NCBI RefSeq assembly: GCF_964204645.1
Contig: NC_134026.1
Location: 31,051,432-31,115,431, forward strand
DNA length: 64,000 bases
Direction of reading: 5' to 3'
Origin: Tubulanus polymorphus
Taxonomy: Eukaryota; Animalia; Nemertea
Shown here: positions 1-11,058 of the stretch, piece by piece
Numbering within the stretch: the first letter of the stretch is position 1
How the letters are laid out: each line of letters opens with the position of its first letter
Made by a program: the position numbers and the translations under genes
Notes under the pieces: model-generated
What the model was told of the DNA's origin: nothing
The model's input: the letters and a program-made list of their open reading frames with translations, nothing else
The model's database searches: none

Positions 1-31
1 TAAAACAATTTTGATGTAAGTCCTATGAGTA

Positions 32-358
32 CATCCTCGCTTGCCAGGGGTCCAGTATCACTCCCGAACTCGCTTCCACCAGCCCCCTGGCCTCACGAAG
101 CGTGATTTCATTACTGGCGCTGTTGCGCATGACGTCATATATCGATTTGCGAAATACTTCCTTGTTCGGTAAAACGTTCGCTGATTGGTCCATTTAACGG
201 GAAAACAAACAGAAGTCTACTGTCGGTTTGTTACAAGAACTGTGATCGGTACGACCGGATTCTGGTCGGCTAGTAACGACTCCAACGACTCGTGAGGTCA
301 AGGGGTTCGGGGAACAGCTTTAGCGTAGTGGGTTCGAATCCCTTGACAGGTGAAGATG
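32..358. mobile_element. About 105-bp non-autonomous element (copy 1) flanked by the 8-bp TSD TATGAGTA (24-31 and 359-366), carrying a nested insertion
   Basis: Copy 1 equals copy 2 (54667-54767) except for 222 extra bp at 84-305. Termini CATCCTCG...TGAAGATG form an imperfect short TIR. The interior has the tRNA T-loop-like motif GTGGGTTCGAATCCC. Confidence 0.6.
84..305. mobile_element. Nested MITE of about 222 bp with 15-bp TIRs (CCCCTGGCCTCACGA ... CGTGAGGTCAAGGGG), inserted into element copy 1
   Basis: The filled site ccaccagc[84..305]ttcgggg is compared with the empty site ccaccagc|tcgggg at 54711-54720. There is no clear TSD. The interior carries CCAATCAGCG and TGACGTCA motifs (on the minus strand). 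Confidence 0.6.
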
Positions 359-2524
359 TATGAGTAAGGCATCTGAATATCTCGTTGATGTGACTGAAAC
401 TGATCGAGATTTAGATAAACCTATTCCAATCCACACATTCAAACCAAGGTGAAATTGTGCCGCTTTCAAGACAAAAATAAAACAAATCAATCTCACAAAT
501 TAATGTCACTAATAATTTATATTGGTTGTTTTTATGTTATAATCAATAATTATAATAATTATAGTTATTATTTATATTCATATATATAATATATATAATG
601 ATATCACAGACATGAAACTGATTCAGTAACGTGTATTATTATACCTCACCAATCTGATCATTGACAATCTCTCTCCCCGTATAAAAATAGAAAATAAAAA
701 ATTCTTACATGAGATTTTACACAAGTAAAACTAACGCAATACGACACAAACATCGCTTGCCAGTGATGCATTTCCATCCATGATTCAAGATTTTCATACA
801 ATAGCCTAAAAGATTCTCATAGGTAGGTCGTCGACTGGGATTCGAACCTGATGGCCAGATCGAATCCCTGCCGAGGTTATGCGCGGACGTCACCGTTACT
901 GTTCACACGTCACATTGGACGTAAGATGGCCGTCAACTTCGACTTTTTAATTCAGTTTAGCAGTTGTGTTCGATTCCGAGAGAGCACGCAGAGACGTCAC
1001 GTACTATATCAATTTGTGAAATTCGGAATTATCAGAACATCTTCATATAGACCCGATATACCATCAAAGAGGGGCTTAAACATTTTTGAAAATTTGACAG
1101 ATAGAAGAAACCTTCAATGGATGCATCAGGGCAAAGTTAAGAACAATTTGTCAAACAAAGCTACAACAAATTAAACTATCCAGCAAACATACCAAAATAC
1201 ACGCATCAGCGGTTCAAACATAAAGCTGATATTTCACACCGGGAACCAGTCTCATATATAAACTCTAGTCTTTGGTTAAGTCGCCATTTTGGTTACTTCA
1301 TGCGCTGAATCGGGACAATAATTCAAAAACCTATCCGATTTTTTCTTTAGAATACCCGTTTCTTTTTCATGAAACTGGCCCCTGATTTACAGAATATATA
1401 AATGATTTGTAATGAAAGGAAAGATCGCTACCTCGGGTAACGCACGTACAGTTTAAGGAGTCACTAAGTTCATTGACGTATGAATGAAAAACACTAGCCG
1501 TAAATATCAACATTTCATGATAAACTATGAAGCACGCACATCATTATAGCGTTTTAGTTCTTTGTGTGTCTCAAACATTTTTTAAACAACAAAAAACGAA
1601 GGTTTATCAAGAACAAACGAAGAATTGAAGAGCGTATTTTTTCCACCTCAAACATCAATAGCAGTTTATCTTTCACTTTTAAGTCTGTCTTCAACGCGAT
1701 ATATCTAACTATATCAACTCAATTAATCGTTTGTTCGGGTTCAAAAACTACCGGCAGTTTATCTCTGAAACTATAGATAAGTAAAATACATCCGGATCGC
1801 GTTAGTTCAGAACACTTTAATATTAACTCATTCATACATTCAGCTTTCACATCTGACCGGCCGCAATTCATCAATTATAAAGAAGCTTCGATACTTCAAA
1901 CTCTTTAGGAATTCGAGCAACAAAATTGTGCTACAGTAAAACTAACTTAATCCGGATGACTCGAGGACCGCCCCCAGATTTCTTCGAATTAAGCAAAATT
2001 CGAATTATGAATAACACGGTTCCAGGTTTTAAATGTACCGAATATTTCATCCGAATTTATTAATGAAAATCCGGATTTAAAAATCCGAATGAAACGAGTT
2101 CTACTGTAGTTTAGTATTAGACCGACGCGACACCTACTCAAACATCGTTCTTATAATTAATAGTATAATTGAGTCGGTTGCAATGACGACAGGAATGGGC
2201 TCGACAATCCGAGATGGTTTATACATATAAATACACTGACTCTGATTGTCTCAGCTTCACGGATCCTTCGTAAAGAATAGTACATTTAGTTACTTCTTGT
2301 ACAATACATTATAAATAGATAAAGACTGACGCTTTGAAGTCATTTGTCGTTATATTATTATAACACACGTACCATACACACACACATACACTTTAAGCTG
2401 GCAATAAGTTAGTATTAAATATACATAAATACGAGTAACAAAACGACAAAAATAAATGCTGCCTGAAAATTATCGCCGAGATTCATCAATAACTTGGAGA
2501 ATACAGGCTTTTAGAACCACCAGG

Positions 2525-2750
2525 ATGGCCAGCCATCTCGCGTGTAGGGCCAGCCATCTCGCGTGTAGGGCCAGCCATCTCGCGTGTAGGGCCAGCCATC
2601 TCACGTGTAGGGCCAGCCATCTCGCGGTAGGGCCAGCCATCTCGCGGTAGGGCCAGCCATCTCGCGGTAGGGCCACCCATCTCGCGGTAGGGCCAGCCAT
2701 CTCGCGGTAGGGCCAGCCATCTCGCGGTAGGGCCAGCCATCTCGCGGCCA
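2525..2750. repeat. Minisatellite, 22-bp (CCAGCCATCTCGCGTGTAGGGC) and 19-bp variants x about 11
   Basis: Direct reading. ORFs 2456-2763 on both strands are artefacts. Confidence 0.9.
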
Positions 2751-2809
2751 ATGCTCGGGCCAATACTTAAATCTATCTTCAGTAGAACATCCTGAGCCGT
2801 AGCATTTTA

Positions 2810-2935
2810 ATTTTAGGGGGGGCAGAGATACCCGAAAAAGGGCAGTTGATATAACAACAATATTTGGAAAAAGGGCACTTTTCCAAAATCCCCCCCCCCC
2901 CCGCTAAATACGGCCCTATAAAACGGATTTCTATT
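2810..2935 (+). repeat. Dispersed repeat with a poly-C/poly-G tract (family C); other copies at 14335-14480 (+) and 51235-51300 (-), possibly at 17855-17900
   Basis: GGAAAAAGGGCACTTTTCCAAAATCC(C)13GCTAAATACGGCCC matches the reverse complement of GGGCCGTATTCAG(G)11 at 51240 and GGAAAAAGTGTACTTTTTTGCAAATATC...GACC(C)11TAATATTCAAATACAGCCCCGCTACG at 14380-14480. Confidence 0.55.
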
Positions 2936-3826
2936 CTTTGAACTTTGGCCATTTGTACATAACGTGGTTTCTCATCTGACTGACCTTAATCTAGATGGCT
3001 GCCAATTAGAAAATATCTTAAAAATCCCAAAATATGTTAAACATGCCTTGCACTACTATTTCCGGATGGATAAACATAAATGACATTTTTCAGATGTGGC
3101 AATTTTAGTTAGAATGTTATAGAATTAGCCTTAGTTTGTTTAGTATTCTTCCAACATAAACAGATTGCACTGAAGGGAAATGATAAAATCTACTGAATCT
3201 GTCTCCACCAGTCTTTATAAAATTTGATCAGCTTTCAAATTTTATCATACACTCAAAACATAAACGGATATTTTTTGACGTTAATCGATTCTGCGACGAT
3301 TGGACAATGAGTTCAAGTGGCAATAGCGTTAACGTAAAACAGACAAACAACGTGTGAGATTCGAGTTTTCATTTAAACATTGTTCAAACGCGGTGGTTCA
3401 AACTAAGAGATGATCCCTGAAATCCTATAACAACCCAAAAATACAATGTTCGTATTCCGAACCCAGCGGAGGAACAAGACTGTCTTTTATAAATGCATGT
3501 TGAGAACATAACTACTTTAATTAAAGCCCATTAACTCTAAAACTATGAACGGCTACTGTCACTAAGCTTACGCGGTTTATAACACGAAAATTCGTTGTTT
3601 TAAAGGTTAAAGTTTGGAAGTTCTACCGGGCGGCGATTTCAACGTGTTCACCATCACCACCATTACTGTCGACCCTTATTATTCTGTCACCTTTTCCCGA
3701 TTGAGAAAGATAGTATTTCACGATCTCATGCTCTTCTGCTTCTGGTTCGCGATAAACGAACTTCTAGCCGATAATGTGGCCGTATCGGATGTTAACCATA
3801 TCATGGATTTACACTTAACAATTCCT

Positions 3827-3991
3827 TCATTCAATAACGCTATCGTATTTCAGTTGTCCTGATTGGTCCACTAATCTGTGTATTGCAGCAAATGTATACG
3901 CCATACGGGCGCTTTCAGTGTCTATCTTAGGCGGAACGTAGCCCTCGGAATTCAGCGTCGATCCGTCAATTTTTACGTCAAGATTTTGCAT
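3827..3991 (-). CDS. Candidate terminal exon (phase 0; stop 3827-29)
   Basis: Acceptor tcgttttag. Encodes MQNLDVKIDGSTLNSEGYVPPKIDTESARMAYTFAAIHRLVDQSGQLKYDSVIE*. The product was not identified. Confidence 0.25.
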   Translation of the reverse strand: MQNLDVKIDGSTLNSEGYVPPKIDTESARMAYTFAAIHRLVDQSGQLKYDSVIE

Positions 3992-5302
3992 CTAAAACGA
4001 TAAAATGAAAGCATTGAATACGATGGAAGTATGAATAAATTGTCATTCAGCAAAGTATCATCAATAAATACCCAGTGAGAACGTTGAAGCAAGATAACGC
4101 AACATGATGAAATATCTTTATGGTCTATGAGAAGAATTCCAAAAAATAATTTAACTGATGCCGTAAAGTTTTGGCCGTTTCCTAATCAGGTGGAATGATG
4201 ATGACATTCAGCGAACAAAGTCAATTGTCCAGTTGGACAGTGGCTGTGCCAGTTAAAACTCTGGGTGAAAGATTAGTTAATTTTGAATGTTTTAAAGTAA
4301 AATCCTAACTCACAAATAAGTGTAACTGTGGAACAACTGTGGAACTGGGTCCAGATGATAATTCAAGTTCTAGTCTTCAATTGGGGAATCTAGATTTTAA
4401 CACCGAATTTGTATGAATAACTCGTATTACAAAATCCAATAGGCATTTCCCCGGTTTATTACAGATTGTCACAAGCTCCTCGCGTGATGGGAGCGTTTAT
4501 GTAATATACATAAAATTGAGCTTCCCTGTGAATGTAATGTGTTCATACATATTGAATCTGTGACAATGTGCGGGTGTTTGAGAGAGAGCATTACATATCG
4601 TAACATTATCCTATTAACAAAAGGTCAATGATCATGATGACAAATTATAACGAATGCGGAGTGAAGTATTTCGAATAGTTGTTGAGGTCCTCTAGAATAA
4701 GGCGTTGCATAAACGCGCCCTCGTGTTTGTACTCATGTAGGGACCGATCTCAGAGTGTGAAAGTAGGTTTATATCATTAAACCCTTCTGTCGAGAAAACC
4801 ACAAAATTTACACTTTCACGATAAAATAAACACGATGAAGATTAAACCGGAGTGTGATGTAATGTATACCAAAATAATCATCATATTCATCGAGTACCAA
4901 TCCCCTCATCAACAGAAGTTGCTAAAACGTACAGATGTTAGATGATTGTGGCGCCCACTGCTCAACCATCCTTAAACACCTTGGCAAATAAACAGATTAA
5001 ACTAAAAAGGCTTCGTACGATTCGTCCGGTGAGATTAACGCGTTATATTTGATCGGAACCCAAAAACCACATCTATACCGACCCCTGCAGGAGTCTGGTC
5101 CCCGATGACCATCTGCTGCCGTAGTTTTAACAAAACTCATTCGATATCTTTTGTTTTTTTCGAACAGACAAAATGTCAATCATACCACCAACCATTGTGT
5201 TCATCGAACCATTTGCGGTTTGGAACCGAGTCCAATCTGTCCTCGCTAACCACACTCTATACGGAAGCTATCAAACCGTTTCTTCAACGGATTAAGACTT
5301 AC

Positions 5303-5530
5303 CACATATTTAAGGTTGGCAAGGAAGGCTTCAATTCGTTGACTGACTTTCTCTAACTCGCACAAGAACCGGTTTGGATGATGTACTTCACCTTCGGGAC
5401 ACGTATGACTCGGGCACGGGTTACCGCCCAATGTATATAACGTACAAACTACTCGATGTTCCATTTCATAGACTCGATTTATTATATGTTTGTATTGAGT
5501 CATCACTCTCAAACCGCTATTTAACGCTAT
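5303..5530 (-). CDS. Candidate exon of the same unknown gene (phase 0-0)
   Basis: Acceptor aaactttcag, donor GTG|GTAAGT. ORF 5246..5551 gives IALNSGLRVMTQYKHIINRVYEMEHRVVCTLYTLGGNPCPSHTCPEGEVHHPNRFLCELEKVSQRIEAFLANLKYV. Confidence 0.35.
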
Positions 5531-6822
5531 CTGAAAGTTTAAAAACAACAAAATCCCGTGTGAAAAATAGCTTTACGTACATTTCATATGATATATATAT
5601 TTAACTATGCAGTAAGACATTGAGATATCTAATCCTGGATGTATTTATCTTTAAATAGATACTGATTGTATGCATGGTGCGCAAGACCCATACGCGGCAA
5701 GGTTTTATTCATTTCTGCAATTACATCAATTTGTCTCTTTTAAATGAATGAATGCATTTCAAAATTACAGGTCGGGAAGACACGCAATATCTGATGTAAG
5801 AAACACTGGTGTAATCAGTTCAGAAAACATGTTATCATAAATGAATTTACAAGGTTTTGTATATGAAAGGTTTTTGAGAAGGTGCATGAAACATTATATG
5901 ATTTTGCCAAAAAGGCGACATTTGTTCCAGAATTTGTTCTAATCATGGAGGAACAATGAATTAGTCGATGAGGGTTTGAAGTAATCAGACTGAAACTCCA
6001 AGATGAGGGACACCCAGGCTGAAGAAGATATGCATAAGAGTTGGAAAAGGGAGGGGGTGGAGTGAATGCCGGGGAGGGGGTGGGGTAACTGTGACTCGTA
6101 TTGCGTGAGCTGCTGCTGCTGCTGCTACCATTTCGGAAACTCATTGATGGATTTATCCATATTTCCCTCCTATATTTAGACGTCGTTTTCTAGTCTTGTA
6201 TCCTCGATTTTGACAAGAATGTTACATAGTTAATGAGAGAGAGGAATGGGACGTCGTTGACACGCGATCTATTATCTATTTGTGAATATACGGCACTTGA
6301 CCATCGCTTACGCCTACACCAGTCTACAATATTCTATTTATTCTTATGTCAATATTGGCAAATATCAGGGGTGAATTTCTTTCCGTGGAAAAAAAACTTA
6401 ATTGGGTAAAATTCTGCACCGATTTCCAAGGTTGTGACGAGTTAAAATTCAATTCATTTTTGATGACTCTTAGTCAAATATTAACTCCAGAACTGTGAGG
6501 AACAAGTTCCAGGATCTGCAGTTCCACATATTTAATTAATTTCTAACAACTGTGGAACTGAAGGTTAGTTACGTGGTAACCGGATAGTCGGTTTCAATAG
6601 ACAGGTAACCGTCTAATTCAAATTGAGAAGAAACACCCTCAATCTGAAGTGAACTACTTAGTGTTTGACGTGTCCACTCAATTATGAGACGGTTTTGAAA
6701 ATAGCTCATAATACTCTCATATTTTCTTCCTCATATTACGGGTTTTCTTTAACCTGAAAAGAATTCTACATTTTTTTCTCTGAGATTAAAATAGTAAAAT
6801 GAGTTAAAAATGAATAACTTAC

Positions 6823-6969
6823 AGCCAAGTCATCATTAACAGTCGGATTAGTGTGGTCCAATATCACTGGTACTATTTCTGGTAAACCAAAATATTGCGC
6901 AAACGTCCGCGCAAAATCGTCGCAGGATGGATAAGCATCTTTAGGAATTTGATCTCTTTGTCGGTGACA
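6823..6969 (-). CDS. Candidate exon of unknown gene, minus strand (phase 0-0)
   Basis: Acceptor tttttctacag, donor GCT|GTAAGT. Encodes CHRQRDQIPKDAYPSCDDFARTFAQYFGLPEIVPVILDHTNPTVNDDLA with no stops. Confidence 0.3.
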
Positions 6970-7595
6970 CTGTAGAAAAAAACAAAATCACAACATGAAG
7001 CATCGTAACCTAATCTTTAACAAGGTATAAACTAACAGAGAATGAATAAAACAAACAGTCACCAGTCAGAAAAAATCGATAGATATTTATCAAATATTTT
7101 TTTCATCTGAAAATAATACGAAGCAAAATGAATTGACGCAACGCGCGCCAAGTTGTTCTCCTGGACCACCGTGAAGTATTGAGATATTTATCTGGCACGG
7201 GGATCATCATTAAGGTCATTCCGTCTAAATTTATGTCCACCGCTGTCTACTTAATTGGTAATTAAGGCTTTTATTTTAATTAAAACTAGACAGCAAGCAC
7301 GCGACTGAGATTACATTGTTCTCTTATGTAATGAGTCAGAGGCAGTTTTCTTCACTCGGTCAGGTTTTTACGGTGCACTCCGTCAGTAACTGCCCCTTAT
7401 TGCACTGAGCGCAACCTTTATACGACGAACAACTCGAGTGTGTGTATGCTGGAATGGGTCCAGTTACACCCTCGATCGAAACATCCAACTATAGTACGAT
7501 TTATTCCGATTGCCGATTTCAAAATCAAACCCCAGCTTCGTTGTAAGGTACACAAACACCGAACAAGCATACGATAACATAACAAGGATCAGGGC

Positions 7596-7725
7596 CCAGT
7601 TTCACAAAAAAGTTTAAGCCTAAAACGGTTAAGTTTGAATTGTTGTCCTCATTGAAAATACGAAGTAACCAATGGCAATTACAGCAAAAATTTTAGTTAA
7701 ACTTTTTTTTGTGAAACTGGGCTCA
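7596..7725. repeat. Small foldback element: about 25-bp perfect inverted repeats (CCCAGTTTCACAAAAAAGTTTAA / TTAAACTTTTTTTTGTGAAACTGGG) around an about 80-bp spacer
   Basis: Direct reading of both arms. Confidence 0.7.
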
Positions 7726-8095
7726 GAACCAGACTCTTCTAAGAAAGCGAGCGTACCTTACTAATTCTATTTAGATATGTATAACTTGTTACAAATTCTT
7801 TTGAAAATCATCTATTTAAAAGTGCCGTGTCAAAAAGGCGAACTTCTTATCGTAAAGAAGGCCAATTTTAGTTATTACTCCCATTTAATGGAAATATCCC
7901 TGGATTAAACCATCCTTTGGAGGACGCGAGGTTTGCGACCTCGAACTGGAGAACGTGGAGGTGGAGTGGATCCGGGTCTAAGTTTAACGTTACACCTCGG
8001 TCGGCAATAACGCGCCCTTGTAAACCGATATACTTCTTGAATGAAAACAAAAAAAACCACCCGATTTAGGCACACCTTTCCACGTGTTCGTCATC

Positions 8096-8140
8096 ACGCA
8101 CTGCACGCACGCACACACACACGCACGCACGCACGCACGT
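8096..8140. repeat. (CACG/CA)n-type low-complexity microsatellite
   Basis: CGCACGCACGCACACACACACGCACGCACGCACGCACG. Confidence 0.8.
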
Positions 8141-9480
8141 AGCTCTATCTTGAATGAACAATTTGATAAAAAATTTCAAATAGTAGAAATTGAAATGGTG
8201 TGTCTGAAAAAATTGGAAAAGTTTTAGGTTGATGAAGTTCTTGTAAATTTTCTAGGAAAGAATGGAAGTATGTTCTACCCTCGATTATCCACCCTAATTA
8301 TCCACCCTCAATTATCCACCCTCAGTTTTCCACCCAAAGTTTGAATCCCTTTTACAAAAATTTTGGTTCATCGTCAATTAAGAAATTGAAGACAAGAATT
8401 GACAATGACTGTAATACGAAGTGTGGGCTTCTGGCTTTTAAGGTTAAAAGTTGACCAGGATCTTGTTTCACAGTTGTGAGTTAGAGTTAACTCTGAGTTA
8501 AGATTGGTCCGTTTTCAACGAGTTAACTCTGAGTCAAATGCGGAATTGGGACCTTGAGATAACTCAGGTTAAAATCAGAACTTTTTTCAGAGTCAAGTCT
8601 TAACGCACACACACACTGTGGATAGCGGGTCCGGTGTTTTCTTAATTTACAATATTGTTCATCTTCTATCAATAAAGTAAATGCGAATTAATGCGGGTGA
8701 AGCGGTCACCAGTCACAGCTCGAGGACGGGGGTTCGGGAATACTGATGTAATCAATCCGATGGTGTAATACTCTGCAATCATCGCTGATGAATATTGATC
8801 ATTTGGACAAAACTCGAGAACGGCGGCAGCGGCTGCAAGTCAGTGTTTCCACGAACGATTAGGTAATATCCCTGTTTTAGGTAAAACCTCTCACTCACTC
8901 TCAGTATCAGTGCGTGAGATAATGTTCTGAAAAAGACGTAACACCGAGAGACGTGTGAGTTGTTGTTCCAGGGTTGTTTCGGGATCCGATGAGGAATATG
9001 ACTCACCGATTCCGAAGTTTTCGGTTGACAAATGACATTGACCGCAATTTAGAAGCTCATCGATATGTATACATATACTTGTATCATTAATTGAAGTATG
9101 TTTACATTGCTGATAGTAGATATGTTCACTACCACCGGCTGATATAAATAAATAATACATCCGCGTGAAGCTAATGTTTACGCTGATTGTGTTTATAATA
9201 AGTCATTTAATATAGGTGATTCATGACACGAACAAACAGCAGATATCTTCGTTTTTAGACTGAGTCACTCTCACTCTCGGACTGGACGGACACGGTCGGT
9301 AACTCGCAGGGCCGCCAGCCGGGCTGTCGCAGCTCGGTGGGTGATGATGCTAAATTTAGAACAATAGGTTTTTCATACCGGTGATTCATTAAAGAAAAAA
9401 CTATCTTGACTTAATTTGTGTGTCACCGTCAGATGATAAATTGGTCACGATACAGAGATTTTGTTTATCACTTCGGTGAG

Positions 9481-9750
9481 AAAGACTTTTTAGAACTGGG
9501 GCCAGGTGCACAGTAAGGTCTTAAAACGTTCTATCGAGTCGACTCATTTTGGTTCTATAACCAATCCTACAACTTAAGACCAGTCTAAGCTCATTTTGGT
9601 TCTATAACCAATCTGACAACTTAAGACCACTCTAAGCTCATTATTTGTTCTAAATTTAACACTAAGTCTAAGCTCATTTCGGTTCTCAATTGCCAATCTA
9701 ACACCACTTTTGGATTCAAGTCTTGCCGTGGAACTGTCCCCAGGAACGAT
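9481..9750 (+). mobile_element. MITE-like element, GGNCCNGTTCCACAG-TIR family (full-length-looking copy)
   Basis: Termini GGGGCCAGGTGCACAG ... CTGCCGTGGAACTGTCCCC (reverse complement GGGGACAGTTCCACGGCAG). The interior has CTTAAGACCAGTCTAAGCTCATTTTGGTTCTATAACCAATC subrepeats. Confidence 0.6.
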
Positions 9751-10641
9751 TACGAGTCTGTTTCGCTAACTAACGTACGTTCTAGAGTCTGTTTCGCAAA
9801 CTAACTTGTTTTTATGTAAGGTTGGTATATATGCATTTATACTTTAACTCGTAATACAATGACACTTGCAATGCCTGCTTTTAGATATATATAATACTGA
9901 GTAGGCAATTGTGACACAATTATCAAGAGTTTATTTCAGTTTTGCTATAAACATTATTGTGTCGTTTAGGTTACATATATACATAAACATTTGAATGTTT
10001 GATGGGCATTGCCGGGACATTCTTGCGTGAATACCTCTGTTTGTACGATTTGACCTTTCGCTGATTGAGAAATTTTACTTTTGTTGGAAATATCAATAAA
10101 ACTATTTTGCTCAATAGACAGAACACGATTGAAACGCGTGCCAAAAATAAATGATTGCCATATCTTTCTTTGTCAGTGATTACGCAAGTTTCGAAAGTCA
10201 GTCTAAAAATATTGGTAAAATGTAATTCAAGATATTTCGCACGTAAAAAGGAAATCCGTCTAGCAGTTCAATAGTTAGATACACATTCCTACGCGCCATA
10301 CCTACATGTAATTAGTCTATACTAGAATATATAGATCACAAAAAATCATCCAAATAAGTCGGGCAAAACTCACTACAGAAAAAACAAACCAACTCAATTA
10401 GTTACGTGTCTGCATGTACGTGGTAGCATACACGATAAAGCATCTCATCATCCCCCACCGACTGCGGAAATGGTCCGATTAGACCATTTGAGTGCAATAA
10501 CCCCATGAGCTGAGTACCGCCTCAATGTTCAACAGAAATATATATATATATAGGTATTTTGTTGATGTTTTTCCAGGCACTTACATAAAACATAACTCTG
10601 TCAATGGGGGCGGTACGGTGAACGTGCTGTTATATACTTAC

Positions 10642-11058
10642 ATAGTAAATATACGTATCGTTGGATCTGTACTGTAAATCAAGAACTGCTTGTGAGATCA
10701 ATTTGATTTGCTTCTCTAACATAATACTATCCATGAGATCTATACTCCGCCGAGTGCGTAAAACTGAAACCAGTATCTTAGGAGTCGCAAAGCGTTCCCT
10801 GTGTCGTAGAAAGCGTCCTGAGAGTTTACGAAATTGTTGATGTAATCCTGAAAACGTGAAATGCTTTTGCTGCTGATACGCAATGGCTGCTTCTGACGGT
10901 GCTGATGATGGTGGTGTTTGTGAATTGCGGGAGCTATTGGGAATCGATGCTATATCATGAGTTGAGGTCCGACTGAACGGTACTGCTATCGTACTATTTA
11001 CTATCAGTAGCGTGGAAACTAGCACGGCATAAATACCTAGAATATTAAAACAAAACAT
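10642..11058 (-). CDS. Candidate secreted prohormone-like exon (signal peptide plus RTRR site; ELH/CRH-family-like segment)
   Basis: ORF 10630..11058. Encodes MFCFNILGIYAVLVSTLLIVNSTIAVPF (signal peptide) ... FRKLSGRFLRHRERFATPKILVSVLRTRR|SIDLMDSIMLEKQIKLISQAVLDLQYRSNDTYIYY, then a GTAAGT donor. The SIDL..LL..(E/K).. pattern resembles sauvagine/urocortin (ISIDLSLELLRKMIEIEK) and molluscan ELH ([31 protein letters not shown]). AT-rich TATA-like motifs lie at 11066-11091 just upstream. Confidence 0.35.

Noticed and set aside
290-350. tRNA gene suggested by the GGTTCGAATCCC T-loop motif (also GGATTCGAACC at 836-850 and 57098-57110, GGTTCGGATCCC at 54745)
   Set aside because: The T-stem pairs only 2-3 bp, there is no complementary acceptor stem, and no anticodon arm can be built. 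The motifs sit inside a dispersed element with TSDs, so they are tRNA-derived repeat remnants at best.
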